DNA from: a virus
Lineage: Duplodnaviria > Caudoviricetes
DNA: 64,000 nt
Reading direction: 5' to 3' (one strand)
Virus record (IMG/VR): IMGVR_UViG_2690315754_000004
Coordinates: 1,612 to 65,611 of that record
Part shown: piece by piece, positions 16,824 to 27,188 of the stretch
Position numbering within the stretch: position 1 is the first letter of the stretch
How the letters are laid out: every line of letters starts with the position of its first letter
Program-made: the position numbers and the translations under genes
The notes under the pieces: generated by a model
The model's input: the letters and a program-made list of their open reading frames with translations, nothing else
What the model was told of the DNA's origin: nothing
Database searches by the model: none

Positions 16824-19052
16824 TTACTCTCCGTAGTGGTCGCCGTAGAACATGCCGTAGCCCCGGCACTCGGCGATGGTGTGGTCGTGGGTCTGCCAGC
16901 TGTTCCAGCCCCCGCGCTGGGCGTCGAGCACGAAGCGAAGCGATTCGTTGGGACGGCCCAGGGCGCCGCTGTCGGCGATCTCCTGGGCGATGGTATAAAG
17001 CTGGGAGGTGCCGACGATCCCGGTATAGGTGCGAAGCAGGGCGCCGGTCTCGCCATAGATCCTTAAGCGGTAGGTGACCCCCGGCTCGGGGCCGATGTTG
17101 CCCTCGTCCTGCTCCACGATGTAGGCGGTCTGCTGGATGCGGTCGCGGTGGGCCCAGGTGAGGGACAGGGCCCCGGCGATGGCAACCGGATAGGGCTCGG
17201 CGTTGACCTGGACGTTTCCCGGCGGATAGGGGCGGATGGCCCGGGCGCCGTAGGTCATGGTGTCCGTGGGGGCGGCGGCGATGTCAAGCTCGCCCTTGCC
17301 GGTGATCGGGCACCCCCGGGTCGTGGCCACATCACCCGATTCGAGCACCCGGGCGTCGGTGCCGTGGCGGCCGTCGGCGAACCAGATCCGCGTGCCGGCC
17401 GCGTGATCGGCGGGCACGGTGTCGAGCACGCCCCGGGCGATGGCGCACACGCCGGAGACCGGGTTGACGGTGAGCATCTTGACGAGCTCGTCTCCGATAT
17501 AGGCGTAAGAGTCTTCTGCCACCAGGTCCACGTCGAGCATGTTCTCGAGCCGGATCTCGCCGTCCGTCTTGCCGATGGGATCGACCAGCAGGGCCGAGGG
17601 GGCAAAGGCGAAGGTGCCCCGGTCCATGTAGGTGGGGATGAGCGACCGGCCATAGGGCTGAAGGGTCCACAGGCGGTAGGAAAAGGCATCGTCCGTGGGC
17701 TTGACATAGAGCGTACCCACGATGCCGGACGTCTCCTCGAACCCGTCCCAGAACGTGGTGCTCTCGCCATAGAGGCGCACCAAAGAATAATAGGGAATCT
17801 CGACCAGGCGGCGGTAGGGCGACGGGGCGGGCAGGTTGACCGGATCGACCCAGCCGCTTTGGGGAACCTCCACGTAGCTGGCCTCCGGGGTGGCGTAGAT
17901 GTCCTGCATGGCGGTGACGCGCACCTTGCCGGAAGACAGCGTGCCCCAGTCGATGGTGACCACTCGCATGACTTCTTGCTGTATGCCGTACTTGGGCCAG
18001 GAAAAGACAAAGGGCGAGCCCTCGCGCAGGCCCTGCACGGCGCCCACGGGCAGGGCCACGAGGGTGGCCGACGACAGATCGCTCGACGCGCTTTTAAGCT
18101 CCCTTGCGGCGACCTTGGCGGCCAGGGCCGCGCGGGAAATGCCGTGGTAGTTGATCGCCTTGTGGATGGTCTGGCCCAACCTCTGGATCATGGCCGTGTG
18201 GTGCACGGTGATCGACTCTTCCCGGTCGCCGGTCGCCGTGTGCTTCTGGTATTTTAACACCACGGCGTTGATCATCTCGGCCTGGGTGAGGCGCTTGTAG
18301 CTCTCCACCGATACGATGTTGGACGGATCGAGCACGGGCAGGTTTTCGATGTCGTAGTCGTCTCGAAGCAGGTGAAGCTCCCATTTGCCGGTGGTGCGCT
18401 CGACATACAGCACGGCATCGATGTGGCGCTTGATCTCGTCGATGAAGTCCTCGATGGAGATCGCCCGGTCCCAGATCATCGACAGGCCGAAGCCCTCGGC
18501 ATACAGGGTTTGGGCCGCGGCGGAAAACGACGCGTCGTCCACGTCGCTTTCTAAGTACCCCATGCCCCATACCGTGTTAACGATGCAGGCCCGGATCATG
18601 TGGGCCGGGTTGGCGTCGCCCGAGATATTGGCGTTGCCCGGGTTCCAGCCCGGGGCCAGGCGGGCGCAGTTTCTCACCCGAAACGACCAGGGCTTAAGAT
18701 AATGGCTGTCGCCCAGGTAGCAGCGGCGCAGCACGAACTGGAGCACGCCCCGGAAGGCGGGCGTCACCGGTCCGAACCGGGAAGTCAGGTAGCTGTTCTG
18801 GCCCTGGTCCGCGTCGCCGAACTCGATGTCGATGTCTCCGACCACGCCGCCCTCCTTGCTCGATCCGCCGTACAGCTCGGGCTGGTTGACGTGGATTTGG
18901 GAAGTAGAAGAAACGGCGCCGCTCCATACGATGTAGTCGTCGGTGCGCATGCCCAGCACCGCGTCCACCGGGCCGTGGCAGGCCACCATCTGGATGCCCA
19001 GGGAGTACTTGTAGCCGACGACATAGGTGACGCACTCGCTCTTGCTACCCAT
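16824..19052 (-). CDS. Tail tip/hub protein (D3112/JBD-like)
   Basis: CHGPVD, EGGVVG, PAFRG, ANPAHMI and ARGVLDTVP motifs. Confidence 0.8.
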   Translation of the reverse strand: MGSKSECVTYVVGYKYSLGIQMVACHGPVDAVLGMRTDDYIVWSGAVSSTSQIHVNQPELYGGSSKEGGVVGDIDIEFGDADQGQNSYLTSRFGPVTPAFRGVLQFVLRRCYLGDSHYLKPWSFRVRNCARLAPGWNPGNANISGDANPAHMIRACIVNTVWGMGYLESDVDDASFSAAAQTLYAEGFGLSMIWDRAISIEDFIDEIKRHIDAVLYVERTTGKWELHLLRDDYDIENLPVLDPSNIVSVESYKRLTQAEMINAVVLKYQKHTATGDREESITVHHTAMIQRLGQTIHKAINYHGISRAALAAKVAARELKSASSDLSSATLVALPVGAVQGLREGSPFVFSWPKYGIQQEVMRVVTIDWGTLSSGKVRVTAMQDIYATPEASYVEVPQSGWVDPVNLPAPSPYRRLVEIPYYSLVRLYGESTTFWDGFEETSGIVGTLYVKPTDDAFSYRLWTLQPYGRSLIPTYMDRGTFAFAPSALLVDPIGKTDGEIRLENMLDVDLVAEDSYAYIGDELVKMLTVNPVSGVCAIARGVLDTVPADHAAGTRIWFADGRHGTDARVLESGDVATTRGCPITGKGELDIAAAPTDTMTYGARAIRPYPPGNVQVNAEPYPVAIAGALSLTWAHRDRIQQTAYIVEQDEGNIGPEPGVTYRLRIYGETGALLRTYTGIVGTSQLYTIAQEIADSGALGRPNESLRFVLDAQRGGWNSWQTHDHTIAECRGYGMFYGDHYGE

Positions 19053-19251
19053 GGCGCACCGCCTTCAATAACCGCCGGCACATGGCGTCGTCGATGCCTT
19101 CCAGCCGGGCGGCCTCGATGCCGTTTTTGACAAAATCGTTCCAATCGATGCCCCGGGCCGCGGCCCAGCGCCGCACCCCGCCGTGGCAGTAGCGCATGCG
19201 GCGGATGTCGCTCAGATAGATTCTGTCGGCCGAACGGTCGATCATGTGCAT
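19045..19251 (-). CDS. Small tail assembly protein
   Basis: YCHGGVRRWAAARGIDW.DFVKNGI motif within the tail-tip cluster. Confidence 0.7.
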   Translation of the reverse strand: MHMIDRSADRIYLSDIRRMRYCHGGVRRWAAARGIDWNDFVKNGIEAARLEGIDDAMCRRLLKAVRHG

Positions 19252-19610
19252 GTCTTTTCCTTCTTTTCTTCCACCCGCAGGTGGCCGTACCACACCACGT
19301 TGGGCGAATCGATCCAGCGGGTGCCGAACACCACGGGGATCTCCCGGCCGGCGGAGGCCGTGGGCACCTTGAACTCGTCGATGCCGTAGGGGTCCGGCGC
19401 CTCGGGGGTGGTGGGCTTGGGCTTGGGGATGAGCACGTAGCTCAAGATGGCGATCACAAGGAAGATGATGATCTCGGCGGCCAGGCCCAGGACCCCGGCC
19501 AGGTGGATATCGGGATTGCCGGCGGCCATGATGCCGGAAAAGGCCCAGCCGATGGCCACGATGGCCACCAGGAACACGATGCGAAGCATTTTTGGATCAA
19601 AATTGCGCAT
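19242..19610 (-). CDS. Tail assembly protein
   Basis: PTASAGREIPVVFGT...SPNVVWYG motif. Confidence 0.7.
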   Translation of the reverse strand: MRNFDPKMLRIVFLVAIVAIGWAFSGIMAAGNPDIHLAGVLGLAAEIIIFLVIAILSYVLIPKPKPTTPEAPDPYGIDEFKVPTASAGREIPVVFGTRWIDSPNVVWYGHLRVEEKKEKTCT

Positions 19611-20385
19611 GGGGCGAAGCATTGGGGCCGGAGATGAACGCCTGGCCGCCGGAAAAGGGTGTCCTTCCCGGTGTCATGGGAAAGCCGCCGTAGTTTAAGA
19701 TGTTGTCGAACTTGGCATGGCACGTTGCCATCCAATGATCGCAGCCCGGATAGAGGTACGCCTGGCCGTAGCCGGTGACGCGCCGGTCGGTGACGAGCGT
19801 CTCTGCCGCGTGGGTGGCGATCATTATATATTGGCCCTGGTAGACGAGATAGCCGTTGTCGAAGTAGCCGTCGGCAAAGCCGGCCGCGGCCGGGACGGTG
19901 AGCGTGTGGCCGTCGTAGGCGGTGATGGCGGCGGTGACGCGCCAAGCCTCGGCGGACAGATTGCACCCCGGCTGATATAGGCCGTGGCGGCAGATGATCT
20001 GGTACATGGCCCGCAGGCCGGGCCGGCCAAGAGAAGTGAAGATCGACTCGCAGGCGATGGCGGCCGTGCTGTCCTTCAGCCCCACGCCCACGATGCGGCC
20101 CTTCCAGATCAGGTTGACTTCCGTTACCGGATAATCTGCTTCGAAGATCGACGCCGATACGATGGACTCGGGCCGCGTGCCCATAAACAACGCCACCAGG
20201 TCGTTGTCGCGCGGGGCGGTGATCTCGAGATCCGCCTTGTGGATCGATCCCATGGAGCGCAGATTGCCCCGCGACAGGCCCGGCACGGCGATGTAGGTGT
20301 TGGGGCCGTGGACGATGTTGCGGTCCGCCGACGTGTAGCGCCAGTTCTCGGATGCGGACTGAAAATGGTAGAGTTCAACTTTCAT
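19597..20385 (-). CDS. DUF2163/BR0599-like tail tip protein
   Basis: C.H.LY..GC and PGCD....C..KF.N..NYGGFP Cys motifs. Confidence 0.8.
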   Translation of the reverse strand: MKVELYHFQSASENWRYTSADRNIVHGPNTYIAVPGLSRGNLRSMGSIHKADLEITAPRDNDLVALFMGTRPESIVSASIFEADYPVTEVNLIWKGRIVGVGLKDSTAAIACESIFTSLGRPGLRAMYQIICRHGLYQPGCNLSAEAWRVTAAITAYDGHTLTVPAAAGFADGYFDNGYLVYQGQYIMIATHAAETLVTDRRVTGYGQAYLYPGCDHWMATCHAKFDNILNYGGFPMTPGRTPFSGGQAFISGPNASPHAQF

Positions 20386-22042
20386 GGTCCGGGTCCAATC
20401 CGGTCAATCCGATGGAAGATGCGCCGCACCCCACGCGGGCCCACTCGATCTCCACGCGGTCGGCGGACAGGCGGCACAGGGGCATGAAGCTGATGCGGTC
20501 AAAGTCGGCGCCCGTGCCGTCGAACCCCAGGGCCGCGTCGAGGGTGAGCCATTCGGCGGCGGTCACCTCCTGGGCGTTTGCGATCTGCCGCAAGAGGACC
20601 TCGCCGGTGGTCCGGAACAGCGCCAGGTGCCGGAACTGGGGATTGACAAAGAGCATCTGGGTGTAACGGATGGGGGATATGACCAGCACGGTGTCGGCGG
20701 CGGCAAAGGGCTCGATGATCTCGATGTCCCGCTCGAAGGTGGGCACCCATACGGGCCGCAGGCGGCCGGCCCGGCGGTGGAGCCATTGGCGGTACTGCCA
20801 GGCCCCGGCCTTGGACCGAGTTTTAAAATGGGCCTCCTCAAAGGCCAGGCGGCCCCAGTCACCCCGGGGATCGACCAGGACCTTGCCGGTCTGGCCGTCG
20901 ATGGTCTCGGCCGGCCGGATCACCTGGCGGGCGGAAAGCTGGCCCGGGGCGCCGTAGGGGGTAAGCCACGTATCGAACCCCAGGTACTGGGTGGCCGACG
21001 GTTCGGCCTCGAGCGGGTCGTTGTCCTCCACGGCAAAGCCCAGGTCCGCCTCGGTGTAGGCGGCGGCCTCGGTGTATTTGGGCGTGCCGTCCATGCGGGC
21101 GATGCGCACGGGCATGATCGAGGCCCGGGGGTAGGCGTTGTCCACGGGCAGCATGAGGGTGATCCCATCCGGCTGGATGTCCAGGATCGCCCGCAGTTCG
21201 CCCTGGCCCCAGGCGCCGCCCGCGATGTAGCAGTAGCCGCCCGCCTTGTACGAGGCATGGTCGGTATCGAAGCCGATCCACTGCTGGCCGGCGGCGATGG
21301 CCCCGATGTAGGCGGCCTCGATCCACACCGGGTAGCCGAAGTAGCGCATCTGCCAGCCGGTGGCGATGGCCTTGAGTGTCGCCCGGCCGGCGGCGGTGCC
21401 GATGCGATACTGGGCGTGAAAGGACTGGCGGGGGGCGATGCGAAGCTGTTCGCGCGTCTCGGGGCCGTCGTAGGCCTCGTTGACGTCGGTGAGCCAGGCG
21501 AGGACCTCTTTTAGGCCGGACCGGGGCCTAAAGGGAAAGGGGATGGAGCGGGTGCCCGTGCAGGTAAGATTTGGAACCTGGGCGCTGTCGAACACCAGAT
21601 CGAACCGGGCATCGATGCCGGGCGGGCCGGCCATTTCGGTGACCAGGGTGGCCACGGCGTCTTTCATCGGTTCGATGGCAAGGGGCAGTGCGCCGGCGGT
21701 CAGCAGCATGCCCGCTGCGTTGACCGGATCGACGGACAAAAGCGTGCGCTCATCGGTCAGATGGGCATTGCAGACCAGGATCGTGTCCTCGCGACGGGCG
21801 AGCAGAAAACCGAAGTCCAGGGCGTCTGGCACCAGGTGCACCCATCCGAAGTACAGATCGCCCCAGGAGGCGGCCCGCAGGCCGGTCTTGCTCAATCCGG
21901 GTTCGGTGACCGGCTGGGTGTCGGTCTTTGCCCCGGCGCCGGGGGATGCGGCCGCAGGGGCCGACTGCGGCAGGGGGGCAATCGCCTCCCAGGCCGGAAA
22001 GTCGCGGTAGTACGCGAGTATGGGTTCGGCTAAAAGGCTCAT
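20375..22042 (-). CDS. Distal-tail/virion structural protein
   Basis: E.L.WLTDV...E.R..LR..PR and RAGRLRPVWVPT motifs. Confidence 0.7.
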   Translation of the reverse strand: MSLLAEPILAYYRDFPAWEAIAPLPQSAPAAASPGAGAKTDTQPVTEPGLSKTGLRAASWGDLYFGWVHLVPDALDFGFLLARREDTILVCNAHLTDERTLLSVDPVNAAGMLLTAGALPLAIEPMKDAVATLVTEMAGPPGIDARFDLVFDSAQVPNLTCTGTRSIPFPFRPRSGLKEVLAWLTDVNEAYDGPETREQLRIAPRQSFHAQYRIGTAAGRATLKAIATGWQMRYFGYPVWIEAAYIGAIAAGQQWIGFDTDHASYKAGGYCYIAGGAWGQGELRAILDIQPDGITLMLPVDNAYPRASIMPVRIARMDGTPKYTEAAAYTEADLGFAVEDNDPLEAEPSATQYLGFDTWLTPYGAPGQLSARQVIRPAETIDGQTGKVLVDPRGDWGRLAFEEAHFKTRSKAGAWQYRQWLHRRAGRLRPVWVPTFERDIEIIEPFAAADTVLVISPIRYTQMLFVNPQFRHLALFRTTGEVLLRQIANAQEVTAAEWLTLDAALGFDGTGADFDRISFMPLCRLSADRVEIEWARVGCGASSIGLTGLDPDHES

Positions 22043-23034
22043 GCGCCGGTCACCCTGATGGCGATGCCGTATGGGTAGGCCGCGTCGGCCCGGTTGCACG
22101 GCAGCACCACGAAGTCCTCGCCGCCCACGGCGATCTGCTGGCCCACGGCAAAGCCGCCCATGTGCGTGACGCGCGCCAGGGCAAAATGGCCGATGGGCAG
22201 CCGGTAGCCGGAGTACTCCACGCCGATCTGGGCGGGCAGCAGCGGGGCGAGCCCGCCGATATCGGCCGGCATGGATGACAGCAGCCCGTGCATGTAACCC
22301 CAATAGGAAGAGCTTTCGGAGGATATCGCGTATCCCTGCCCCAGCGACGAGATGGGGTGGATCACGAGGCCGACCGGCGATCCGCCGCTGTAGGCCCAGG
22401 CGTCGGCGAACCGCACGGTGCAGTTGGGGTAGTAGGAGTTGATCTGGTTGTGGGCAAAAATCCGCCGCATGTCGGCCGGGCCCAGGCCGTTGCCGCCCAC
22501 GCCGAGGCTCGCGCATAAATAAAAGCCGTTGGGGGCCGCGCCGATCGCGCCATAGGGGGCAAGCGTGCCGAAGGCGACCCACCGGAAATCGCCCGCCGCT
22601 ATCTCCATGGCGCAGATGAAGTTGTCGCCGTCGGCCGCCATGTGGTAGCTGGCCACCGCGCCGGTCATGTCCGCCACGGCGCAGGCAAAGATGTTGTCGG
22701 CATAGGCCATCAGGCCCGTGCTGCCGCGCGAAAACGCGCCGGGCATGTTCTTCCAGGCCTTGGCGCCCGTGGGCGATGCGCTATAGCCCGTGGAGGGCGA
22801 AAAGGCGATGCCGCTCATGCGGTAGGTGGTGCTGGTCCACGCGTTGGTGGTGATGGGGTCGGACTCGATGGTGGAGAAAAGGTTCACGCAGATCGCGCCC
22901 ATTGAAAGATGCAGGCGGTGGCCGTAGGTCTCGGTGACAAAGCCGTTCTGGGTCCAGCCGTTTGCGACCAGGAAAAGCCGGATCTTTTCCAGCATGTCGT
23001 GGGCGTCCGTGGCCGATCCGATCTCGTAGTCCAT
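22039..23034 (-). CDS. Virion structural protein (D3112-like)
   Basis: Paralogous N-terminus (GSATD..D.L...R.F..ANGW) shared with 23044-23979. Confidence 0.65.
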   Translation of the reverse strand: MDYEIGSATDAHDMLEKIRLFLVANGWTQNGFVTETYGHRLHLSMGAICVNLFSTIESDPITTNAWTSTTYRMSGIAFSPSTGYSASPTGAKAWKNMPGAFSRGSTGLMAYADNIFACAVADMTGAVASYHMAADGDNFICAMEIAAGDFRWVAFGTLAPYGAIGAAPNGFYLCASLGVGGNGLGPADMRRIFAHNQINSYYPNCTVRFADAWAYSGGSPVGLVIHPISSLGQGYAISSESSSYWGYMHGLLSSMPADIGGLAPLLPAQIGVEYSGYRLPIGHFALARVTHMGGFAVGQQIAVGGEDFVVLPCNRADAAYPYGIAIRVTGA

Positions 23035-23043
23035 CTTTGCTTC

Positions 23044-23979
23044 CTATGCGAGTTTGACGGCGCAGTAGTCGCCGATGGTGTTGCGGTAGACGTTTTGCAC
23101 CACCAGGTAGCTGTCCGCGCCGATGGTGACGATGTTCTCCACCGCGTTAGAAAACCCGGACACGTGATGGATCCCGGCCAGCTCGCCGAACACACACCTG
23201 GACGGCGAAGTGAAGTCGATGATCACCGGGGTGAGCACGTAGCCGTCGTCGTTGGGGTTGGTGCGCATTTGCGAGTAGTGGTAGCCGCCGTTGGTGGCAT
23301 AGGGCCAGATGTGCTTCCAGCGCGTGGCATTGGACAGCGAGCTGTTGTAGTAGTTCTGAACGCCGTGCCACTCGCCGAACCAGAACCGGGCGGACGATCG
23401 GGGGTTGGTCAAAATGGTGTTCTCCGTGCTCGATCCGTTGGCGCACACCGGCTGCATGACGCCGAACGAGTGGGTGTCGTGCACCGTGCTCCAGCGGCTG
23501 CCGTTGGATGCCGTGGAGGTGCCCGCGACGAGCAGGGGATAGGGCATGTTGGTGGCCGGAAGGTACGGGTTGATCCACCCCAGGTAGGCCAGTTGATAGA
23601 TGGTGGAGATCTTGGCCACCACGACCACACGCCGGGGATTGACCACGAACCAGTAGGGGATCGCGCTGTTCCACAGGTGCAGCCGGGGAAAATGGGGCGC
23701 CGCGCTGTAACCGATGTTGCCCGGCTGGGCGGCGAAGGCCTGGCCCGCCTCGAACCCGGTCATACCGTTTAACTGCCAGTTGAACCAGTCCGCGCCGGCA
23801 TCCGCTTCGGCCTTGATGCCGACAAAGATCGAATCCGTTCCGCCCAGGCCCTCGCCCTCGGCGATCAGCTCGGACCCGCCGTCGAAGCGCAACGACGCCC
23901 AGCCGTTGGCCAGCATGAAGGTGCGCAGCCGGTCGAGCAGATCGAGGTAGTCGGTGGCGGTGCCGATGGAAACGGCCAT
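23044..23979 (-). CDS. Virion structural protein (D3112-like)
   Basis: IPYWF..N.RR, YPLLVAG, FGEL.G...VSGF.NAVEN and YLVVQNVYR motifs. Confidence 0.7.
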   Translation of the reverse strand: MAVSIGTATDYLDLLDRLRTFMLANGWASLRFDGGSELIAEGEGLGGTDSIFVGIKAEADAGADWFNWQLNGMTGFEAGQAFAAQPGNIGYSAAPHFPRLHLWNSAIPYWFVVNPRRVVVVAKISTIYQLAYLGWINPYLPATNMPYPLLVAGTSTASNGSRWSTVHDTHSFGVMQPVCANGSSTENTILTNPRSSARFWFGEWHGVQNYYNSSLSNATRWKHIWPYATNGGYHYSQMRTNPNDDGYVLTPVIIDFTSPSRCVFGELAGIHHVSGFSNAVENIVTIGADSYLVVQNVYRNTIGDYCAVKLA

Positions 23980-23980
23980 G

Positions 23981-25916
23981 TCACTGGTTCCTTCTCATGA
24001 CGTTTTAAGATCACTCGCTCGCCGGACGGCGAGTTGGCCCACTCCTCGACGACGGACGGGTCCAGCACGTTGATGTTGCGCAGGTGGACCGCCACGCCCT
24101 GGCCGCCCTCCTTTAGCGGTTCGACGTACCCGCCCTGGTTGCCGCCCATCATCAAATACTGCTTGCCGCCGGTGCGCAGGATTTCGGGCACGCCGATCTC
24201 GTACAAGCCGCCGGGGGCGACGGGCCCGCCGGAATCGCGCGAGGCTGCGGCCACCACCAGGTTGACCAGGGACCCGACCCAGCCGTAGTTGCCCCCACCG
24301 CCGCCACCCCCCGAACTGCCGGAACTGCTGGCCGCCTGGCCGATGGCCTGCTGGATCAGGATCTGGGAGAGGGCTTCTGCGGCCATCTTCGCCATGGATT
24401 TCCAGAAGGCGGCCCAGTAGTCCTCGAAGCTCTTTAACTCGCCGGTGATGGCGTCGAAGAAAAAGTCGCTCAAGGCGCTTTGCATCTGCTCGGCGGTGTA
24501 CTGGGTGATCTTGAGCAGCTCGTCGTTGCCCTTTTGCATCAGGGCGTTGCGCTTCTTGATCATCTCCTCGATGTCGCGGTAGCTGCGTTCGGCTGTATCG
24601 TCGGGCAGGTTGAGACTGACCATGTCGGCGATGTCGATGCCCAAGTCCTTGTCGGAGATGCGGATTTGAGCTGCGATCATCTGGCGGTAGTTTTCGATGG
24701 CGGCATCCAGCTCGGCCTGGAAGATCCGGGCGCTGTTGTCGAAGGGGACCGGTGCGGGTGGCGGCGTGGGGGTTGGGCTTGGCGCCGGGGCGGCTTTGGC
24801 CCTGCCGGCTTCGGCGCTGGCAAAATCCTCGGCCGAATAGCCCGGGATGGCGTTGATCCTGGCCTGCTTGGCCAGGATGTCGTCGACCATGCGCTGGCGT
24901 TCCAAAAAGCTTGCGTCGGCAAAGGCCTTCAGATCGATCAGGCCCTTCTTTGCAAGTCCAACGCCCTGGTCCCAAGTGGTGAGCACGCTGCGCAGGCCGG
25001 CGTATTTGGCAATGCCGGCCAGGGCATCGAGCACGGCCACGGCGGCGCCGGCGAGGGCGTTTAAATTTTCCGCAAAGTTGGATACCCAGGCGGCCATGTC
25101 CTGAGCCAGTAGATCGCCGTTGCGCTCGATCCACTCGTTGATCTTGGTGATCAGGGCGGTCTTGGCGGGGATCAGGTGCTTGCCGATCTTGGCCCGCAGG
25201 TCTTCCATGCGGCCCCCGAGCTCGCGCTGCTGGTTGGCGAGCCCCCCGCTGGTGCGGGCGTAGTCGCCGGCGGCCACTCCCGCCTCGCGGGTGATCACGG
25301 CCACGGCGGCCATGGTTTTGTCCAGTTGTGTCAGCTCGTCCTTGCTCTTTTTGCCTGTGCGGGCCAGGGCCTCGAGCTCGACGGCCGCCGCGTTGATGGT
25401 GCCGATGTACTTCTGGATGGGGTCGTATTCTCCCCGGAAGGCGCTATGCATGTCGGCGAGCACCTGGTTGGCGCCGCCGGCCACGTTGTTGAACGAGGCG
25501 ATGTCGGCGGACAGCTGCACCAGGCGCTGGCTGGTGCCCACGGCCTGGCCGCTGTTGGCCCCGATCTGCTGGAACATGTAGCCCAGGGTGCCGGCGGCCT
25601 CCAGGGCCTGCCGCTTGGCCAGGCCCATGGCGTCGGCCGCCCCTTCGGCCCAGCGGTCGAGGGTGACGGATAGATCCTGCCCGAACACTTCGCGCACCTT
25701 GTTGGCCGTCTCTTCAAGGTCGCTGGCCGAATCGGTCAGACTGTTGAATCCCCGCACGATGCCGGCGATGGAGGCGCCGGCCAAGGCGCCGGCCAGGGCC
25801 CCCTTGAGCAGGGTGGAGGCCTTGGTCAGGCCGCTGATCTGGCTTTTGACCTGGTTGAAGGCCGCGTCGGCCATGTTCTTTGCGGCGAGCAGGATTTCAA
25901 GCTTGGCGTCGGCCAT
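23981..25916 (-). CDS. Tape measure protein (one extra A near 24005 shifts the last codons)
   Basis: Ala-rich helical protein following the chaperones and neck gene. Removing one A gives ...VILNVMRRNQ* just before the next start. Confidence 0.85.
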
Positions 25917-25919
25917 GGG

Positions 25920-26582
25920 TCAGATATATTCTCCGCGCATCTTGCGCCGGGTGTTGACCAGTATGTTGCGAATGGCGGCCGCCCGGTTCGCCCGCCAGAA
26001 CGGCTCGATCATGGGCCGGGCCGGGGTGCGCAGCGTCGTGGTGCTTGCCCGCAGGAAAAACACCTTGCGCCGCAGGGTCTTTGTGCCGCCGTAGATCTTG
26101 TAGTTGACCTTGGCGCCCTCGCGCGCGAAAAGCTCGCGGATGGTCACGTTGCGCCGCGTTCTTCTGAAATAGGGCGCATCGGCGCTGGTGGTAAAGCCGC
26201 GCTGGTGCTTTTGGGCCATCTTGCGCCAGGTGGAAGAAGAGGCCGGGCCGACGAATCCGATCTTCAGGACATAGGGGGATTTGTCCAGGACCTCGTAGCC
26301 GATTCTCGATCCGAACCGGTAAAGGGGATTGTTCGCGCGCAGGTTGCCGACCTCATCCCATCTTTTGTAAATGCCCATCATGGTGCGCTGAATGATCGAC
26401 AGCGGGGCAAAGCGCTGCCCGCCCGGGGCGCCGGCCCGGATCTCTTCGCGAAGCTTACGCATCAGGCGGAAGCCTTCAACGCGGACGGCGGTATTTTGGG
26501 CCTTGAGCATGCGCTCCTTGGCTTTCATCAAGCCATTGACCGCTCCTTTCGCGCCCTTGATCGTCGCCTCGACCGATATCAT
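25920..26582 (-). CDS. Neck/tail completion protein
   Basis: Basic protein with TPARPMIEPF; homologous to 53792-54352. Confidence 0.65.
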   Translation of the reverse strand: MISVEATIKGAKGAVNGLMKAKERMLKAQNTAVRVEGFRLMRKLREEIRAGAPGGQRFAPLSIIQRTMMGIYKRWDEVGNLRANNPLYRFGSRIGYEVLDKSPYVLKIGFVGPASSSTWRKMAQKHQRGFTTSADAPYFRRTRRNVTIRELFAREGAKVNYKIYGGTKTLRRKVFFLRASTTTLRTPARPMIEPFWRANRAAAIRNILVNTRRKMRGEYI

Positions 26583-26920
26583 CGCTTTTTTCCTCCCGCT
26601 CCATCTGGAACCGTTCCAGGGCCAGCATCTTGCGCCACAGGCCGGCGGTCCACCTGACGCCCAGGTCGCGCGCGATGGCCCGCACGGCGCAGTAGTCCAG
26701 ACCGATAAGCGCAAAGCCAGCCGCCCGCCATTGCGTGTTGACGTGCAGCCATAAATCCAGGGCCTCCCGATTGGCCGGCCATAGCGGCGTGGCGGATGTC
26801 GTCCACGCACACGAGGAGCACGGCACCGGACGGCCTTCCTGTTTTGCGGATGCTACGCATGTTCGGCAGTACTCCCTTCGGGTGCGGTCTGATCGCTCGG
26901 ACCAGACCGCGGTGAGTTTT
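26476..26920 (-). CDS. Tail assembly chaperone -1 frameshift extension (gpGT, DUF1799-like)
   Basis: -1 frame after G GAA AAA AAC; TQWR....IGLDY motif. Confidence 0.7.
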
Positions 26921-27176
26921 TTTCCTCTTCCTCGCTGGAAAAGCTTTCCTTGATGATCTGATTGAAAATTTTGAGCAGGTCGGCATTTTCCAGGTCCTGG
27001 TCCTTGAACTGGGTGTCGACCACGGCATCGATGGCTTCTTCTTTTTGATCTTCGGGCAGATCGAAGATATTGCAGCGCATGTATCCGATGCCATACTTGG
27101 AAAGCGATTTGATCTCGCTGCGGCGCAGGCCGCGCACGGTGACCATTTCTCCGGTGGATAATACTACTTCCCGCAT
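26853..27176 (-). CDS. Tail assembly chaperone (gpG-like)
   Basis: Follows the tube gene; slippery GAGGAAAAAAACTC at 26914-26927. Confidence 0.75.
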   Translation of the reverse strand: MREVVLSTGEMVTVRGLRRSEIKSLSKYGIGYMRCNIFDLPEDQKEEAIDAVVDTQFKDQDLENADLLKIFNQIIKESFSSEEEEKNSPRSGPSDQTAPEGSTAEHA

Positions 27177-27188
27177 GATCTCTCCTTG